Source of the DNA: a virus
IMG/VR virus record: IMGVR_UViG_3300013113_000555
Coordinates: 6,851-70,850 of that record
DNA: 64,000 nt
Direction: 5' to 3' (one strand)
In this document: piece by piece, positions 7,906 through 17,892 of the stretch
Layout: every line of letters begins with the position of its first letter
Position numbering within the stretch: position 1 is the stretch's first letter
Translations under genes and position numbers: made by a program
The notes under the pieces: model-generated
Seen by the model: the letters and a program-made list of their open reading frames with translations, nothing else
Told to the model about the DNA's origin: nothing
Databases searched by the model: none

Positions 7906-8288
7906 GTAAAGTAAACAAACTTACAGATGCAGAAAAATATACTATCGAAACCAAATATCAAAATGATGGTGAGGATGTTAAAGAAATAGCAAATTTCTTA
8001 GGCAGACATGTTAATACAATTAAGAATTATGTTAAAAATAACGATTTGACTCAAACTCGTATTGATAGCGACAGCGATGAAACAGAAGAGGTGGTAAACA
8101 TTGATAAAAACGGCAGAAAAAAAGCTACCATGTTTATCAACAAGAGTGCCGGTAAGAATAACAAAGGGGTAAACATTATGACCCCTGCTCAAGCATCTAG
8201 GTCAGATGAGCTAAGAAACAAAAGATTAGCTAGTGCAGAAGACAATAAGAAAAAGAAAGGTATATTTACAATCTTTGAAGAGGAATAG
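7902..8288 (+). CDS. Hypothetical protein with N-terminal helix-turn-helix
   Basis: LTDAEKYTI...VKEIANFLGRHVNTIKNYV is HTH-like. Confidence 0.65.
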   Translation: MSKVNKLTDAEKYTIETKYQNDGEDVKEIANFLGRHVNTIKNYVKNNDLTQTRIDSDSDETEEVVNIDKNGRKKATMFINKSAGKNNKGVNIMTPAQASRSDELRNKRLASAEDNKKKKGIFTIFEEE

Positions 8289-8290
8289 AA

Positions 8291-8725
8291 ATGGGCAAAA
8301 AGAGAACGGAAAAGAGCCGTTACCCGTCCAGATATTCTCCTAATGGCTATGTTCATTCAGGACAATATATCACAGAACTTATATGTGAAAAGAAAGCTAG
8401 AACAGAAGGAAAAGAGTTGCCACTAAAATTTTGGGAACTAAAAGAATGGCTTAAATTCTATAAATATCAAATTACTCTTGCTAACAAACTTATCAAAGAG
8501 TATGGTGAGCATGTAATCATATCTGCTTTAAATGATAAAAGAATGTGGAAATGCTATTCTTTAAGAAGTCCTTTTTTAAAGAAAGTAATCGAAGAATATA
8601 AGGGTAAGGAAGAAGTGGCTAAAAAGATAGCCCAGAAGATTGAATATGATTTCTCCGAAAAGAAAACATTTGAATCAAACAATAAGAAAAAGTCTATCAT
8701 ATCAAAACTCAAGGATTTAGAATGA
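8291..8725 (+). CDS. Hypothetical protein
   Basis: Tiled ORF directly upstream of recA. Confidence 0.7.
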   Translation: MGKKRTEKSRYPSRYSPNGYVHSGQYITELICEKKARTEGKELPLKFWELKEWLKFYKYQITLANKLIKEYGEHVIISALNDKRMWKCYSLRSPFLKKVIEEYKGKEEVAKKIAQKIEYDFSEKKTFESNNKKKSIISKLKDLE

Positions 8726-9711
8726 CAACAGATATTATTAAAGAGTATGGGGATGTTTTATTAGATGCTTCTTTCATAGTTGATAACCCGCCTCCAATTA
8801 TATCAGTAAGTCCAAAGCTTGATATTGCATTGGGTGGTGGTGTTCCAGAGGGATGTCTATTTATTATGACAGGTCCAGAAAAGATTGGTAAGACCGTTCA
8901 TGCTTTACAGTTTTGTAAAAACGCACAAGCGGTAAAAACAGAAGAAAAAAAAGAAAGAAACGTTTACTATGGAAATATAGAAGGCAGGTTAAAAAAGAGA
9001 GACCTAGAAGGAATCAACGGGCTAGACTATTCACCTGAGCATTTTAAGGTTGTAGGATCGAAGAAGGGGAATATTCTATCTGGAGAAAAATATCTAGGCA
9101 TTTTTGATAACGTTATTCATAACGACCCTCATGCTGTTTGCGTAATTGACTCTTTCTCTGCGTTAGCAGCAGAAGCAGAACTTGTGGGAGACATTACCGA
9201 TACTCAAGTAGCAGCAATGAATCGTTATTTAAGTAAGTTTACTAGAAGGTTTGCAAATGTACTTCCAATCAATAGGGTCACGCTTGTTGGAATCACCCAT
9301 CTTATGGCAAATATAAATAAGTTTGGTGCAGGCAAGAGTAAGGTAGAGAAATCGGGAAATGCCCTCAAATATGCACAGGATGTTAAACTTTGGGCAACAC
9401 ATAAAAAACCACTAATGCAGGGAGAAACACAAATTGGTCAAGAAGTCTTTTGGGTTGTAGAAAATTCTGCGATTGGAGCACCGGGTCAAAAAGTAAGCAG
9501 TATTATTAAATATGGCAGAGGCATATGGAACGAATATGAACTCGCTCAATTAGCCAAAGACTTTGGGGTTGTTGAGGGAAAAACATGGATGAAATTACCG
9601 AATGGTGAGAAGGTTCAAGGGATGTCTAATTTTGCAACTTATCTAGAAAACAATCCTGAGTATTACACTGAACTAAAACAACAAGTGTTTGAAATAATAG
9701 GTATATCATGA
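8722..9711 (+). CDS. recA: RecA/UvsX-family recombinase
   Basis: LDIALGGGVPEG, Walker A GPEKIGKT, Walker B VIDSFSAL, SGNALKY and IKYGRGI motifs. Confidence 0.88.
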   Translation: MTTDIIKEYGDVLLDASFIVDNPPPIISVSPKLDIALGGGVPEGCLFIMTGPEKIGKTVHALQFCKNAQAVKTEEKKERNVYYGNIEGRLKKRDLEGINGLDYSPEHFKVVGSKKGNILSGEKYLGIFDNVIHNDPHAVCVIDSFSALAAEAELVGDITDTQVAAMNRYLSKFTRRFANVLPINRVTLVGITHLMANINKFGAGKSKVEKSGNALKYAQDVKLWATHKKPLMQGETQIGQEVFWVVENSAIGAPGQKVSSIIKYGRGIWNEYELAQLAKDFGVVEGKTWMKLPNGEKVQGMSNFATYLENNPEYYTELKQQVFEIIGIS

Positions 9712-10118
9712 AGGTAAGAGACTTGGAGGGAAATATCACTGCGTGGAAACTAACCGGACAAATAGTTACGGCTACAGATAAAAGGTCTAGGTCTAAACTA
9801 CACGTTAGGGCTAGAAAAATTTTATATGAGATGTTTCCTACAATGAAGATTTTAGAGGAAGTTCCTATCAAGCCAAGAGGCAGCAAGACTCAATACTTAG
9901 ACTTCTACATAAACCAAATTAAGCTCGCAGTAGAAGTTCATGGACAACAGCACTATAAGTTTAATACTATGTTTCATGCTTCTGCAAGAGACTTTCTTAA
10001 CCAAAAGAAAAACGATGCAGATAAACAAGAGTGGTGTTGGCTAAATAATATAACACATATTGAACTACCCTATAATGAGGACATAGAGCAATGGAAGAAC
10101 AAAATAATACTCCGTTAG
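9708..10118 (+). CDS. PD-(D/E)xK / DUF559-like endonuclease
   Basis: LEEV...YLDFY...LAVEVHGQQHY...D..KQEWC..NNITHIELPY. Confidence 0.75.
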   Translation: MKVRDLEGNITAWKLTGQIVTATDKRSRSKLHVRARKILYEMFPTMKILEEVPIKPRGSKTQYLDFYINQIKLAVEVHGQQHYKFNTMFHASARDFLNQKKNDADKQEWCWLNNITHIELPYNEDIEQWKNKIILR

Positions 10119-10573
10119 CAAGAATGCATAAACTTGAGAGTATGCTTGATGAATATGAAGGTAAAATAGGTTTATCTCAATTTCAAGAGCAAGGCGATGA
10201 TAGTGTTAAAAAATACCTATCTATGACAAGAGAGCAGATGGAAAAGTTATCTCCAATAGATTGTGCTGAAATAGCTATTACTTTGGGCGGCTTTTCTTTT
10301 TATTTACAAAGATGCTACAACAGAGAAAACGCTAGGGTTGACTGGGCTTCAAATGTTTTAAAACAAATAATCTCAGGCAAAGAACAACAATTTAGAGGTT
10401 CTTGGGAAAGTCAGTTTTCTCAAGCTATAAATAATGATGATTATGCTAGTGGCTTACTAAAACTTAAAAATTATGCACAACAAAGAGCAAATAGAATAAC
10501 ATATTTAGCTTCTTCTTGTAAGCATATGAGCGAATTATACAAAAACCTACAGTTAGCAAAGGCTATGAAATAA
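10091..10573 (+). CDS. Hypothetical helical protein (possibly a recombination mediator; position only)
   Basis: Tiled ORF between the endonuclease and the helicase block; no diagnostic motif. Confidence 0.6.
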   Translation: MEEQNNTPLARMHKLESMLDEYEGKIGLSQFQEQGDDSVKKYLSMTREQMEKLSPIDCAEIAITLGGFSFYLQRCYNRENARVDWASNVLKQIISGKEQQFRGSWESQFSQAINNDDYASGLLKLKNYAQQRANRITYLASSCKHMSELYKNLQLAKAMK

Positions 10574-11097
10574 TGGATGATGAAACCAAGATTTTACTAA
10601 AACAACTTTTAAGCAAGTTAGACCCAGAAGATATAGAAGAAGTTTTATCAGTTGGAGAAAAGAAAGAAGAAGAACCAGAAAAAAATGAAGGCTCTGCTCA
10701 TGTTATAAACAAAAGAAGGGGTAGCGGAAAAAACAAAAGAAATAATAATAGACAAGTAGGAAATAGAAAAGCTAAAAAATCTAAAAAAAGAAAGAAGGCA
10801 GGAAAGGGAAAACAATGTAGAACAGAACCTATGAATATTGACGGAAATCGTGAAAATAAATTCACAGACTTCATTAGCGGCGTACAATTATCTGGGGCCG
10901 AAAGAGAAGAGATGACAGAAGCAAAAAATGAAGATAAGAAAAACAAAGGTCGTACATTCAAATTACCAGCAAGACCAAGTTCTACAATAGAAGTAGAATG
11001 TTGTGTCTGTGGTGATGAGTGGGATGTTTCTGCTGCTCTTGTATTGGACCCTGATAGATGGAAATGTAATTCTTGTTCTACTCAAGCGGGATGGTAA
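10573..11097 (+). CDS. Hypothetical protein with Lys/Arg-rich low-complexity middle and C-terminal Zn ribbon
   Basis: KRRGSGKNKRNNNRQVGNRKAKKSKKRKK; CCVC...WKCNSC. Confidence 0.7.
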   Translation: MDDETKILLKQLLSKLDPEDIEEVLSVGEKKEEEPEKNEGSAHVINKRRGSGKNKRNNNRQVGNRKAKKSKKRKKAGKGKQCRTEPMNIDGNRENKFTDFISGVQLSGAEREEMTEAKNEDKKNKGRTFKLPARPSSTIEVECCVCGDEWDVSAALVLDPDRWKCNSCSTQAGW

Positions 11098-11100
11098 AAT

Positions 11101-12552
11101 ATGGTTTTGTCGGATGCTGCTGCTGAACGTGCTGTTCTTGCAGGGATTTGTAAGTATGGTTCAGAAGCATACTTTGATGTTGCAGATATAGTGGATGATT
11201 CTTCTTTTACAGTTGATTCTAATTCTGTAATTTTTGCCTGTGTAAAAAGACTGTTAGAAGATGATGATACAAGAAAGATAGACGTACCTAGTATTCTTTC
11301 TTCTGCTAAAGAAATCGGTTTAAACGACTTTTTTAATAATAATAATGAATTATCTCATCTAGGTGCTATCCTTAAATTCCCTGTATTGTTTGACAATATC
11401 AGGAAGTTTGGTGCTAAGATTAGAAAGCTTCAAATTGCTCGTTTAATGTACGATCAGTTGGAGCAAACCAAAGACCAATATCTACAGATAAAAGGTGATG
11501 AACCTATATCAAAAATTCTTGGTCTAGCCGAAGAATCTATATTTGATTTTACATCACTTCTTAATGACCATGACGATGCTCCTGAGTTATTGTTTGGAGA
11601 CCTAGAAGAATATCTAATAGATCGTGCAGGCAATAGAGTAGATCAAATAGGTATTCCAACTGGTTTTCCTAAATTTGATTTTTCTATTGGTGGAGGTCTA
11701 AGAAAGGGTAGTGTAAATGTTATCGGTGCTAGAACCAAGGTAGGTAAAAGTCTTATTGGTCTTAATATGGGTAAAAATATCGCAGAACAAGGCATACCTG
11801 TATTATATCTAGATACTGAAATGACAAAGAAAGATCAGCAAAACAGAGGTGGAGCAATGGCTTCATTTAATACTTCTGGCAAGTCTAGTATCAACGAGAT
11901 TGAAACGGGTAAATACGCTGATGATGATTTTAAGAAAAACAATATGATAGATTTAGCTAAAAAGCTAAAAGACCTTCCTTTTTATCATAAAAACATTGGC
12001 GGCAGAGCGTTTGAAGACCAACTATCAATTATGAGAAGATGGCTTGCCAAAGTTGTTGGTATAAACGAAGAAGGCAAAGCTAACGACTGCGTTATCGTAT
12101 ACGATTATCTTAAATTGATGGAAGCTGCTGAGTTAGCTAAAACAGATATGAAAGAGTTTCAACTGCTGGGCTTTATGATGACTTCCCTACACAACTTCTG
12201 CTTGAGATATGAGATTCCCATTCTTAACTTCATTCAATTAAATAGAGATGGAATTAGCAAAGAATCAACTGATGCTGCTAGTGGTTCAGATAGAATCATG
12301 TGGCTATGCTCTAACTTTACTATTTACAAAGAAAAATCAGATGAGGAAATTGCTAAAGACGGTCCTGAAAATGGAAACAGAAAACTTGTTCCTATTATTG
12401 CTAGACAGGGAGAAGGACTAGAGGGTGGCGACTATATTAATGTTTTGATGAGAGGTGCATATGCGAAACTTGAAGAAGGTATGACCGCATACGAACTAGA
12501 AGATGGAGGATCAGATGACGACGAAACACCAGAAGAAGATATCGCGTTCTAA
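11101..12552 (+). CDS. dnaB: DnaB-like replicative helicase
   Basis: AAERAVLAGI N-terminus, GIPTGF, Walker A GARTKVGKS, YLDTEM, Walker B VYDYLKL and QLNR motifs. Confidence 0.92.
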   Translation: MVLSDAAAERAVLAGICKYGSEAYFDVADIVDDSSFTVDSNSVIFACVKRLLEDDDTRKIDVPSILSSAKEIGLNDFFNNNNELSHLGAILKFPVLFDNIRKFGAKIRKLQIARLMYDQLEQTKDQYLQIKGDEPISKILGLAEESIFDFTSLLNDHDDAPELLFGDLEEYLIDRAGNRVDQIGIPTGFPKFDFSIGGGLRKGSVNVIGARTKVGKSLIGLNMGKNIAEQGIPVLYLDTEMTKKDQQNRGGAMASFNTSGKSSINEIETGKYADDDFKKNNMIDLAKKLKDLPFYHKNIGGRAFEDQLSIMRRWLAKVVGINEEGKANDCVIVYDYLKLMEAAELAKTDMKEFQLLGFMMTSLHNFCLRYEIPILNFIQLNRDGISKESTDAASGSDRIMWLCSNFTIYKEKSDEEIAKDGPENGNRKLVPIIARQGEGLEGGDYINVLMRGAYAKLEEGMTAYELEDGGSDDDETPEEDIAF

Positions 12553-13675
12553 GTATAAGGATCAAGGTAAGTTAAATCAGCTTACAGATATTGTTCTTGA
12601 AAATATAGAAGATATATACGAGTATTTTGATGCCAAGCACCATAAGGGTGCTAAGGTCATATTTTCAAACTGTTTTATTCATGGTGGAGATAATAAAACA
12701 GCCTTGAACCTTTATTATGATGCAGACTATAGAGTGCATTATAAATGCAGAACTCACGGTTGCGAGAAGTATTTCGGTACTTCACTGCTTTCTATGGTTA
12801 GAGGTGGACTATCCAAAGTTAAGCACGACTGGAAAGTACCGGGAGACAGAACCGTAAGCTTTGAGCAAACGGTAGACTTTTTGTTAAATATGTTCGATTT
12901 AAAATTCGGAGATATAAAACCTCAAAAAGTAAACATGGGCAACCATGAGTTTTGCAAGGTTGTAAGCAATCTCGCTCCAGAAAATAAAATCGCAGGAACC
13001 ATAGATAGAGAATATTACAGGTCAAAAGTAGAAATACCGTCTCAATATTTTTTACAAAGAGATTATAGTATAGAAGTGTTGGATGACTATGATGTTGGTA
13101 CTTGTCATACTTATGGCAAACCCTTTTTTAATAGAGCAGTAGTACCAATATATGACGATGAAGGACAGATGATTATAGGTTTTACAGGTAGAAGTATATT
13201 TGAACAATGTAAAAAATGCAGTTCCTATCATAATCCTGAAAAAGATTGTTTTCATTTTCCAAAATGGAGACACACAAAAGGCTTCCAAAAGGAAAAGGTA
13301 TTGTATAATTATTGGAGAGCTAAAAAACATATTCAAGAATCAGGCGTTGCTATTTTAGTAGAATCTCCTGGGAATGTTTGGAGGCTAGAAGAAGCAGGTA
13401 TACACAATTCTTTAGGCTTGTTTGGCACAGTATTGAATACTCCCCAAAAACAACTTATAGATGAATCTGGAGCAATGTCTGTCATACTTATTATGGATAA
13501 TGACGATCATGGTGCTGGTGAGAAAGCAGCGTATGCTATAAAAGAACAATTAGATAGAACATACAGAGTATTCATTGTTAATGTTAATAAAGAAGATGTT
13601 GGCGAAATGAATACAAATGAAATAACCGATGAAATTTTACCTTTTATTAATCAAGCTAGGGAGATTTACAAATGA
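12515..13675 (+). CDS. dnaG: DnaG-like primase (Zn-binding domain plus Toprim)
   Basis: CFIHGGDN...KCRTHGC Zn finger; RAVVPI, GFTGR, Toprim VESPGNV and MDND motifs. Start 12515 preferred (GGAGGA at 12505-12510). Confidence 0.85.
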   Translation: MTTKHQKKISRSKYKDQGKLNQLTDIVLENIEDIYEYFDAKHHKGAKVIFSNCFIHGGDNKTALNLYYDADYRVHYKCRTHGCEKYFGTSLLSMVRGGLSKVKHDWKVPGDRTVSFEQTVDFLLNMFDLKFGDIKPQKVNMGNHEFCKVVSNLAPENKIAGTIDREYYRSKVEIPSQYFLQRDYSIEVLDDYDVGTCHTYGKPFFNRAVVPIYDDEGQMIIGFTGRSIFEQCKKCSSYHNPEKDCFHFPKWRHTKGFQKEKVLYNYWRAKKHIQESGVAILVESPGNVWRLEEAGIHNSLGLFGTVLNTPQKQLIDESGAMSVILIMDNDDHGAGEKAAYAIKEQLDRTYRVFIVNVNKEDVGEMNTNEITDEILPFINQAREIYK

Positions 13676-13920
13676 GTCACAAAGAATACGCTTTAAACTT
13701 TCTTGAAAGCAAGCTACAGGCAGACTATGCGGCGGCAAAAATGTCTTTAGAATTATTGCTTGAGGAAGGCGTTGGCGTAGGAGAACACTCTACAAAAGAT
13801 TTTACAGACAATCTTATGGAAGCATTAGAACAGTTAGATCGTGCAGAAAGTATGATAGATACTCTAGAAGCACACTACGCTGTTGTTTTAGGATCGGGGA
13901 GAAAGAAAACTGATGACTAA
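13672..13920 (+). CDS. Hypothetical small helical protein
   Basis: ATGA-coupled; GVGVGEH motif; no function assigned. Confidence 0.7.
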   Translation: MSHKEYALNFLESKLQADYAAAKMSLELLLEEGVGVGEHSTKDFTDNLMEALEQLDRAESMIDTLEAHYAVVLGSGRKKTDD

Positions 13921-14665
13921 GATTATAGGATTTGCTGGAAAAAAACAAAGCGGTAAAGATACCTCCTGTAACTTTATATTGATGCTTAAAATGATTGAGC
14001 TAGGAGTTTGTAAAAATGCTAGACTTAATGAAGATGGAAAAATAGAAGTTTCAGATATATTTGGTCAATGTAAGGATGGTTTAGATTATTTTGAGTTTTC
14101 AAAAAAGCATGTTGATGTAGACAGGGTTCTTGATGCAATATCAAGTGAAATTAAGACTTATTACTTAGCTGATCCTTTAAAGCGTATAGCTATTGATATT
14201 TTTGGCTTGCCAGAAGATAAGGTATATGGAACAGATGATGACAAGAACGAGCTTACTCATCTACTATGGGAAAATATGCCGGGAATTTATCACCAATCGG
14301 GACCAATGACCATTCGTGAGTTTTTGCAGTATCTAGGTTCTGATGTGTTTAGAAAAATTAATTCCGAGGTTTGGCTAGATACCTTATTTAGAAGAATTAA
14401 AAAAGATAACTCTAGACTAGCACTTATTGGTGACATTAGATTTGAAAACGAAATAGAAGGCTGTAAATCTAAAGAAGCGATAGTGTTAGGGTTGACCAAA
14501 GATAAGTTTAAATCAGCAGACAGTCATACTAGTGAAAATGTTAATATTGATCTATGTTCTAAGATAATTAATAACGAGAAACTAAATATAGCAGAACAAA
14601 ATAAAGAAATCTATTTCGCACTGAAAGAACTTGGTTGCGATATACTACCAAACTTAGGAGTTTAA
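13913..14665 (+). CDS. Deoxynucleoside monophosphate kinase
   Basis: IIGFAGKKQSGKDT P-loop, LADPLK, REFLQYLGSDVFR and IGDIRFENE motifs. Confidence 0.88.
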   Translation: MTKIIGFAGKKQSGKDTSCNFILMLKMIELGVCKNARLNEDGKIEVSDIFGQCKDGLDYFEFSKKHVDVDRVLDAISSEIKTYYLADPLKRIAIDIFGLPEDKVYGTDDDKNELTHLLWENMPGIYHQSGPMTIREFLQYLGSDVFRKINSEVWLDTLFRRIKKDNSRLALIGDIRFENEIEGCKSKEAIVLGLTKDKFKSADSHTSENVNIDLCSKIINNEKLNIAEQNKEIYFALKELGCDILPNLGV

Positions 14666-15766
14666 ATGGGAATCCCAATCGTATACTTTAGGAGCAGTTC
14701 TTTCAACACACATCGAATGTGTCCTATGCAATTCTATATTGAATACACATTAGGTATCAGAGGAAAGGGTGGCAAGAAAGCAGACAAAGGTACTATTACT
14801 CATAAGATATTAGAGATTGCCGCTTTGTGTCAAAAGGCAGAACAGTCTGGTATAAAGGTAATCAATGATTCTGATATTGGAGAAGTCATTACAGATGATT
14901 ATACTCCAGAGTATTTTAATGCTATGGCGGCTAGAGTTTACGAATTTTATACTTCTCAATGGACGCACCATAATGAAAAACCTAGAACTAGGTGGCGTGA
15001 AAAAGATTTTGAAGATTGTGTAAGTTGGGCTTGGAAGGCTTTAAAGTATAGAGATGGGTGGTTTGACCCAAGGCAAAGAAAAATTGTTGATGTGGAACCA
15101 CATTTTGACATTACTCTTGAAGAAGATTGGGCAAAATACGAATATCCAGAGCATAATTTAGATGGCTACCTCTCTTTAAAGGGAACAATCGACCTTATAA
15201 CAGACGTTAGCGAAGAAGGTGGAGAAAAGGTATATGAAGTAGTTGATTGGAAAACTGGACAAAGAAAAGATTGGGCTACAGGTAAAGAATATACTCAGGC
15301 GAATTTATTTGACAATGCACAGTTAAGAATGTATCACTATGCCTGCAAGCATCTTTATCCTGACGTAAGTACGTTTCTAGTTACAATTTACTACATAAAT
15401 ACAGGCGGTCCTTATACAGTTCATTTTCAAGATTCAGATATGGATCAAACCATAGAAATTATCAAAAAGAAGTTTGAAACTATTAGGGATACAGAACAAC
15501 CATTAGTAATACCAGAATTTAATAGAAAGGAATCTTGGAAGTGTAAAACGCTTTGCGATGCTGGAAAAACCACTTTTAAAGACACTCATGTTTTACCTAT
15601 AGTGGAAAAGAGAGTAGGGCAAAGAACGTGCTATGGCGATACTATGACTCAGTGTGAGCAAATACGTCTAGCTATACAACAAAAGGGTATTGACTGGGTT
15701 ACTAAAAATTATGTTCACCCAGATCATGTTCATGGACACTACAAAGCACCGGGATCAACTGAATGA
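14666..15766 (+). CDS. PD-(D/E)xK exonuclease (Cas4/RecB-like)
   Basis: RSSSFNTHRMCP; LKGTIDLI; VVDWKTG; QLRMYHYA; C-terminal CKTLC/C residues. Confidence 0.82.
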   Translation: MGIPIVYFRSSSFNTHRMCPMQFYIEYTLGIRGKGGKKADKGTITHKILEIAALCQKAEQSGIKVINDSDIGEVITDDYTPEYFNAMAARVYEFYTSQWTHHNEKPRTRWREKDFEDCVSWAWKALKYRDGWFDPRQRKIVDVEPHFDITLEEDWAKYEYPEHNLDGYLSLKGTIDLITDVSEEGGEKVYEVVDWKTGQRKDWATGKEYTQANLFDNAQLRMYHYACKHLYPDVSTFLVTIYYINTGGPYTVHFQDSDMDQTIEIIKKKFETIRDTEQPLVIPEFNRKESWKCKTLCDAGKTTFKDTHVLPIVEKRVGQRTCYGDTMTQCEQIRLAIQQKGIDWVTKNYVHPDHVHGHYKAPGSTE

Positions 15767-17649
15767 AAAAGAAAACTTATACGCCATTACATTGTCATAG
15801 CGAGTACTCTTTGCTTGATGGACTAAGCAAGTGTTCTGATATTTCAGAAAGAATACAAGAGATTGGTTCTTCTGCTTGTGCTATTACAGATCATGGTTCT
15901 GTAAGTGGTGCTGTGGATTTTAGCAAAGAAATGCAGACTGCTGGTTTGCAACCTTTGCTTGGTTGCGAACTTTATGTTTGCGAAGGCTCTGTTCTTGAAA
16001 AGAGCAAAGATAATAGAAAGTTAAGTCATCAGGTGGTGATTGCTAAAAATCATCAAGGCTGGTTTGATCTTTTATCTATGGTTTCTATGTCCAATAAAAA
16101 AGAACATTTTTACCATAAGCCAAGAATCGACATTGATATTCTAGCCATGCTAGGTTCTCAAAAAAACCTAGTCTCATTTAGCGGTCATCTTGGTTCAATA
16201 TTAGCAAATGCTATTACAGATGGTGAAAGGCTTGATCCTGATTGGATGAAAAAGGGGGTTGCCAAAGCTAAAGACCTAGAGCTTATTTTTGGCAAAGGTA
16301 ATTTCTTTATTGAGATTCAATTAATTGATTCCAAAATTAATAAATTTGCTGGTTCTGTAGCAAATGCTTTAAGGCAAATCTCGAAAGTAACAAAAATCCC
16401 CTGTGTGGCTACACCAGACGCTCATTATTGCAGAAGGGAGGATGCAGAGGATCAGCGTATACTTTTGTGTACAGCATTGAAGAAAACGATCCCTCAAGTC
16501 CAAAGAGAACTAAAGCAGGGAACAGCTAGTAATGTACTGAAAACAAACTTTCTTTCAAATAACTATCATATCCCCACTTATGAAGATATGATTGAATTTC
16601 ATACAGAAGAAGAACTAGCTAATACTAATCTAATTCTTGACATGTGTGAAAACTACAATATTATGAAGTCGCCCGATCCGCCAGAGTTTAGTTGTCCCGA
16701 TGGTATGAGTCCAGAAGAATACCTCAGAAAGCTTTGTAGGGACGGATGGAATAAAAAGATGAAAGGATTTGATAAAACATCAGAACTATTTAATAAATAT
16801 GGAAACAGGGTTAATCATGAATTGGAAGTGTTCACATCTATCGGTTTATCCAGCTATTTTCTTATCATTGATGACATTCTTAATTTTGTTAGGAGTAAAG
16901 GATATATCACAGGACCGGGTCGTGGAAGTGCTGCTGGCTGTATGGTTTCCAACCTACTTAATATCACACAAGTAGACCCAATACCCTACAAGTTAATCTT
17001 TGAAAGGTTTTATAATGCTGGTCGTAACGCACCCGGTAAAATCTCTTGGCCCGATATTGACTTTGATATTCCAAAAGAGGCAAGAGAAGAAACTATTGAG
17101 TATATTAGAGACAAGTACGGTGAAGAAAATGTTGCACAGATTATTACTTTTCAAAAACTAAAAGGTAAGGCAGCACTTACTAGAGTTATGGCTTCTAGAG
17201 GTAACGTTTCATTTGATGAACAGAAAGCTATAACAAAATGTTTACAAGACGAGAATAAAATTTCTGACGAATTGCAAGATATTGAAGATGAATATGGTTA
17301 TTCTTCTAGTATACTTTGGGCATTGGAAAATACCCCGCAGAAGCTAAAGAACTGGTGCTATATTGGCAAAGAAGGTAATTTAGAAGGAAGGATGGCTAAG
17401 GTGTTTGAACAGGCTATTAGGATCGAGGGTACAAAAATTATTTCTGGCAAACATGCCGCAGGCGTTATCGTTTCGAGAAAACCGATTAGTGAATCATGTC
17501 CTATGGTGCTAGATAATAAAGGTAAAAATCAATTAGCAGGATTTGAAGGGCCGAGTTGTGAAGATGTAGGACTTCTTAAACTAGACTGCCTAGCTATTAG
17601 AGGATTAGATAAAGTTATGGACGTTGTTAAAATTGTAGCAGGAGAATAA
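15763..17649 (+). CDS. dnaE: DNA polymerase III alpha (DnaE), N-terminal part: PHP plus palm/thumb
   Basis: LHCHSEYSLLDG, ITDHG, GCELY and DAHY PHP motifs; GPGRGSAAG, FERF, PDIDFD, GKHAAGV and KLDCLAIRGL (third catalytic Asp). Ends at the KFDFLGL-equivalent. Confidence 0.92.
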   Translation: MKKKTYTPLHCHSEYSLLDGLSKCSDISERIQEIGSSACAITDHGSVSGAVDFSKEMQTAGLQPLLGCELYVCEGSVLEKSKDNRKLSHQVVIAKNHQGWFDLLSMVSMSNKKEHFYHKPRIDIDILAMLGSQKNLVSFSGHLGSILANAITDGERLDPDWMKKGVAKAKDLELIFGKGNFFIEIQLIDSKINKFAGSVANALRQISKVTKIPCVATPDAHYCRREDAEDQRILLCTALKKTIPQVQRELKQGTASNVLKTNFLSNNYHIPTYEDMIEFHTEEELANTNLILDMCENYNIMKSPDPPEFSCPDGMSPEEYLRKLCRDGWNKKMKGFDKTSELFNKYGNRVNHELEVFTSIGLSSYFLIIDDILNFVRSKGYITGPGRGSAAGCMVSNLLNITQVDPIPYKLIFERFYNAGRNAPGKISWPDIDFDIPKEAREETIEYIRDKYGEENVAQIITFQKLKGKAALTRVMASRGNVSFDEQKAITKCLQDENKISDELQDIEDEYGYSSSILWALENTPQKLKNWCYIGKEGNLEGRMAKVFEQAIRIEGTKIISGKHAAGVIVSRKPISESCPMVLDNKGKNQLAGFEGPSCEDVGLLKLDCLAIRGLDKVMDVVKIVAGE

Positions 17650-17892
17650 ATGGATACTAAAAGTAAAATGTACGCAAAATTCATGCAAGATATGATGAAA
17701 CTATCTCTCGAATACCCCTTTATACAAAAGGTTGTTGTATCGAAAGGTGCTTATGAGCTAACTTGTAATCATTTGGATGATATTACACAGCAAGAACATG
17801 GGGCCGTACAAAAACATATTGAGCAAAATCCAGAAACGGGTTGTGTGAGGTTTGAAAATATATACATTGTACCTTCGGAGGAATTAAAATGA
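17650..17892 (+). CDS. Hypothetical protein (80 aa) between the two dnaE parts
   Basis: AGGAG RBS, start abutting the dnaE-N stop, ATGA overlap with the next gene. Confidence 0.7.
   Translation: MDTKSKMYAKFMQDMMKLSLEYPFIQKVVVSKGAYELTCNHLDDITQQEHGAVQKHIEQNPETGCVRFENIYIVPSEELK

Noticed and set aside
14666-15766. CRISPR-Cas locus suggested by the Cas4-like nuclease
   Set aside because: No repeat-spacer array or other cas genes are visible. Stand-alone Cas4-like exonucleases are ordinary in phage replication modules.
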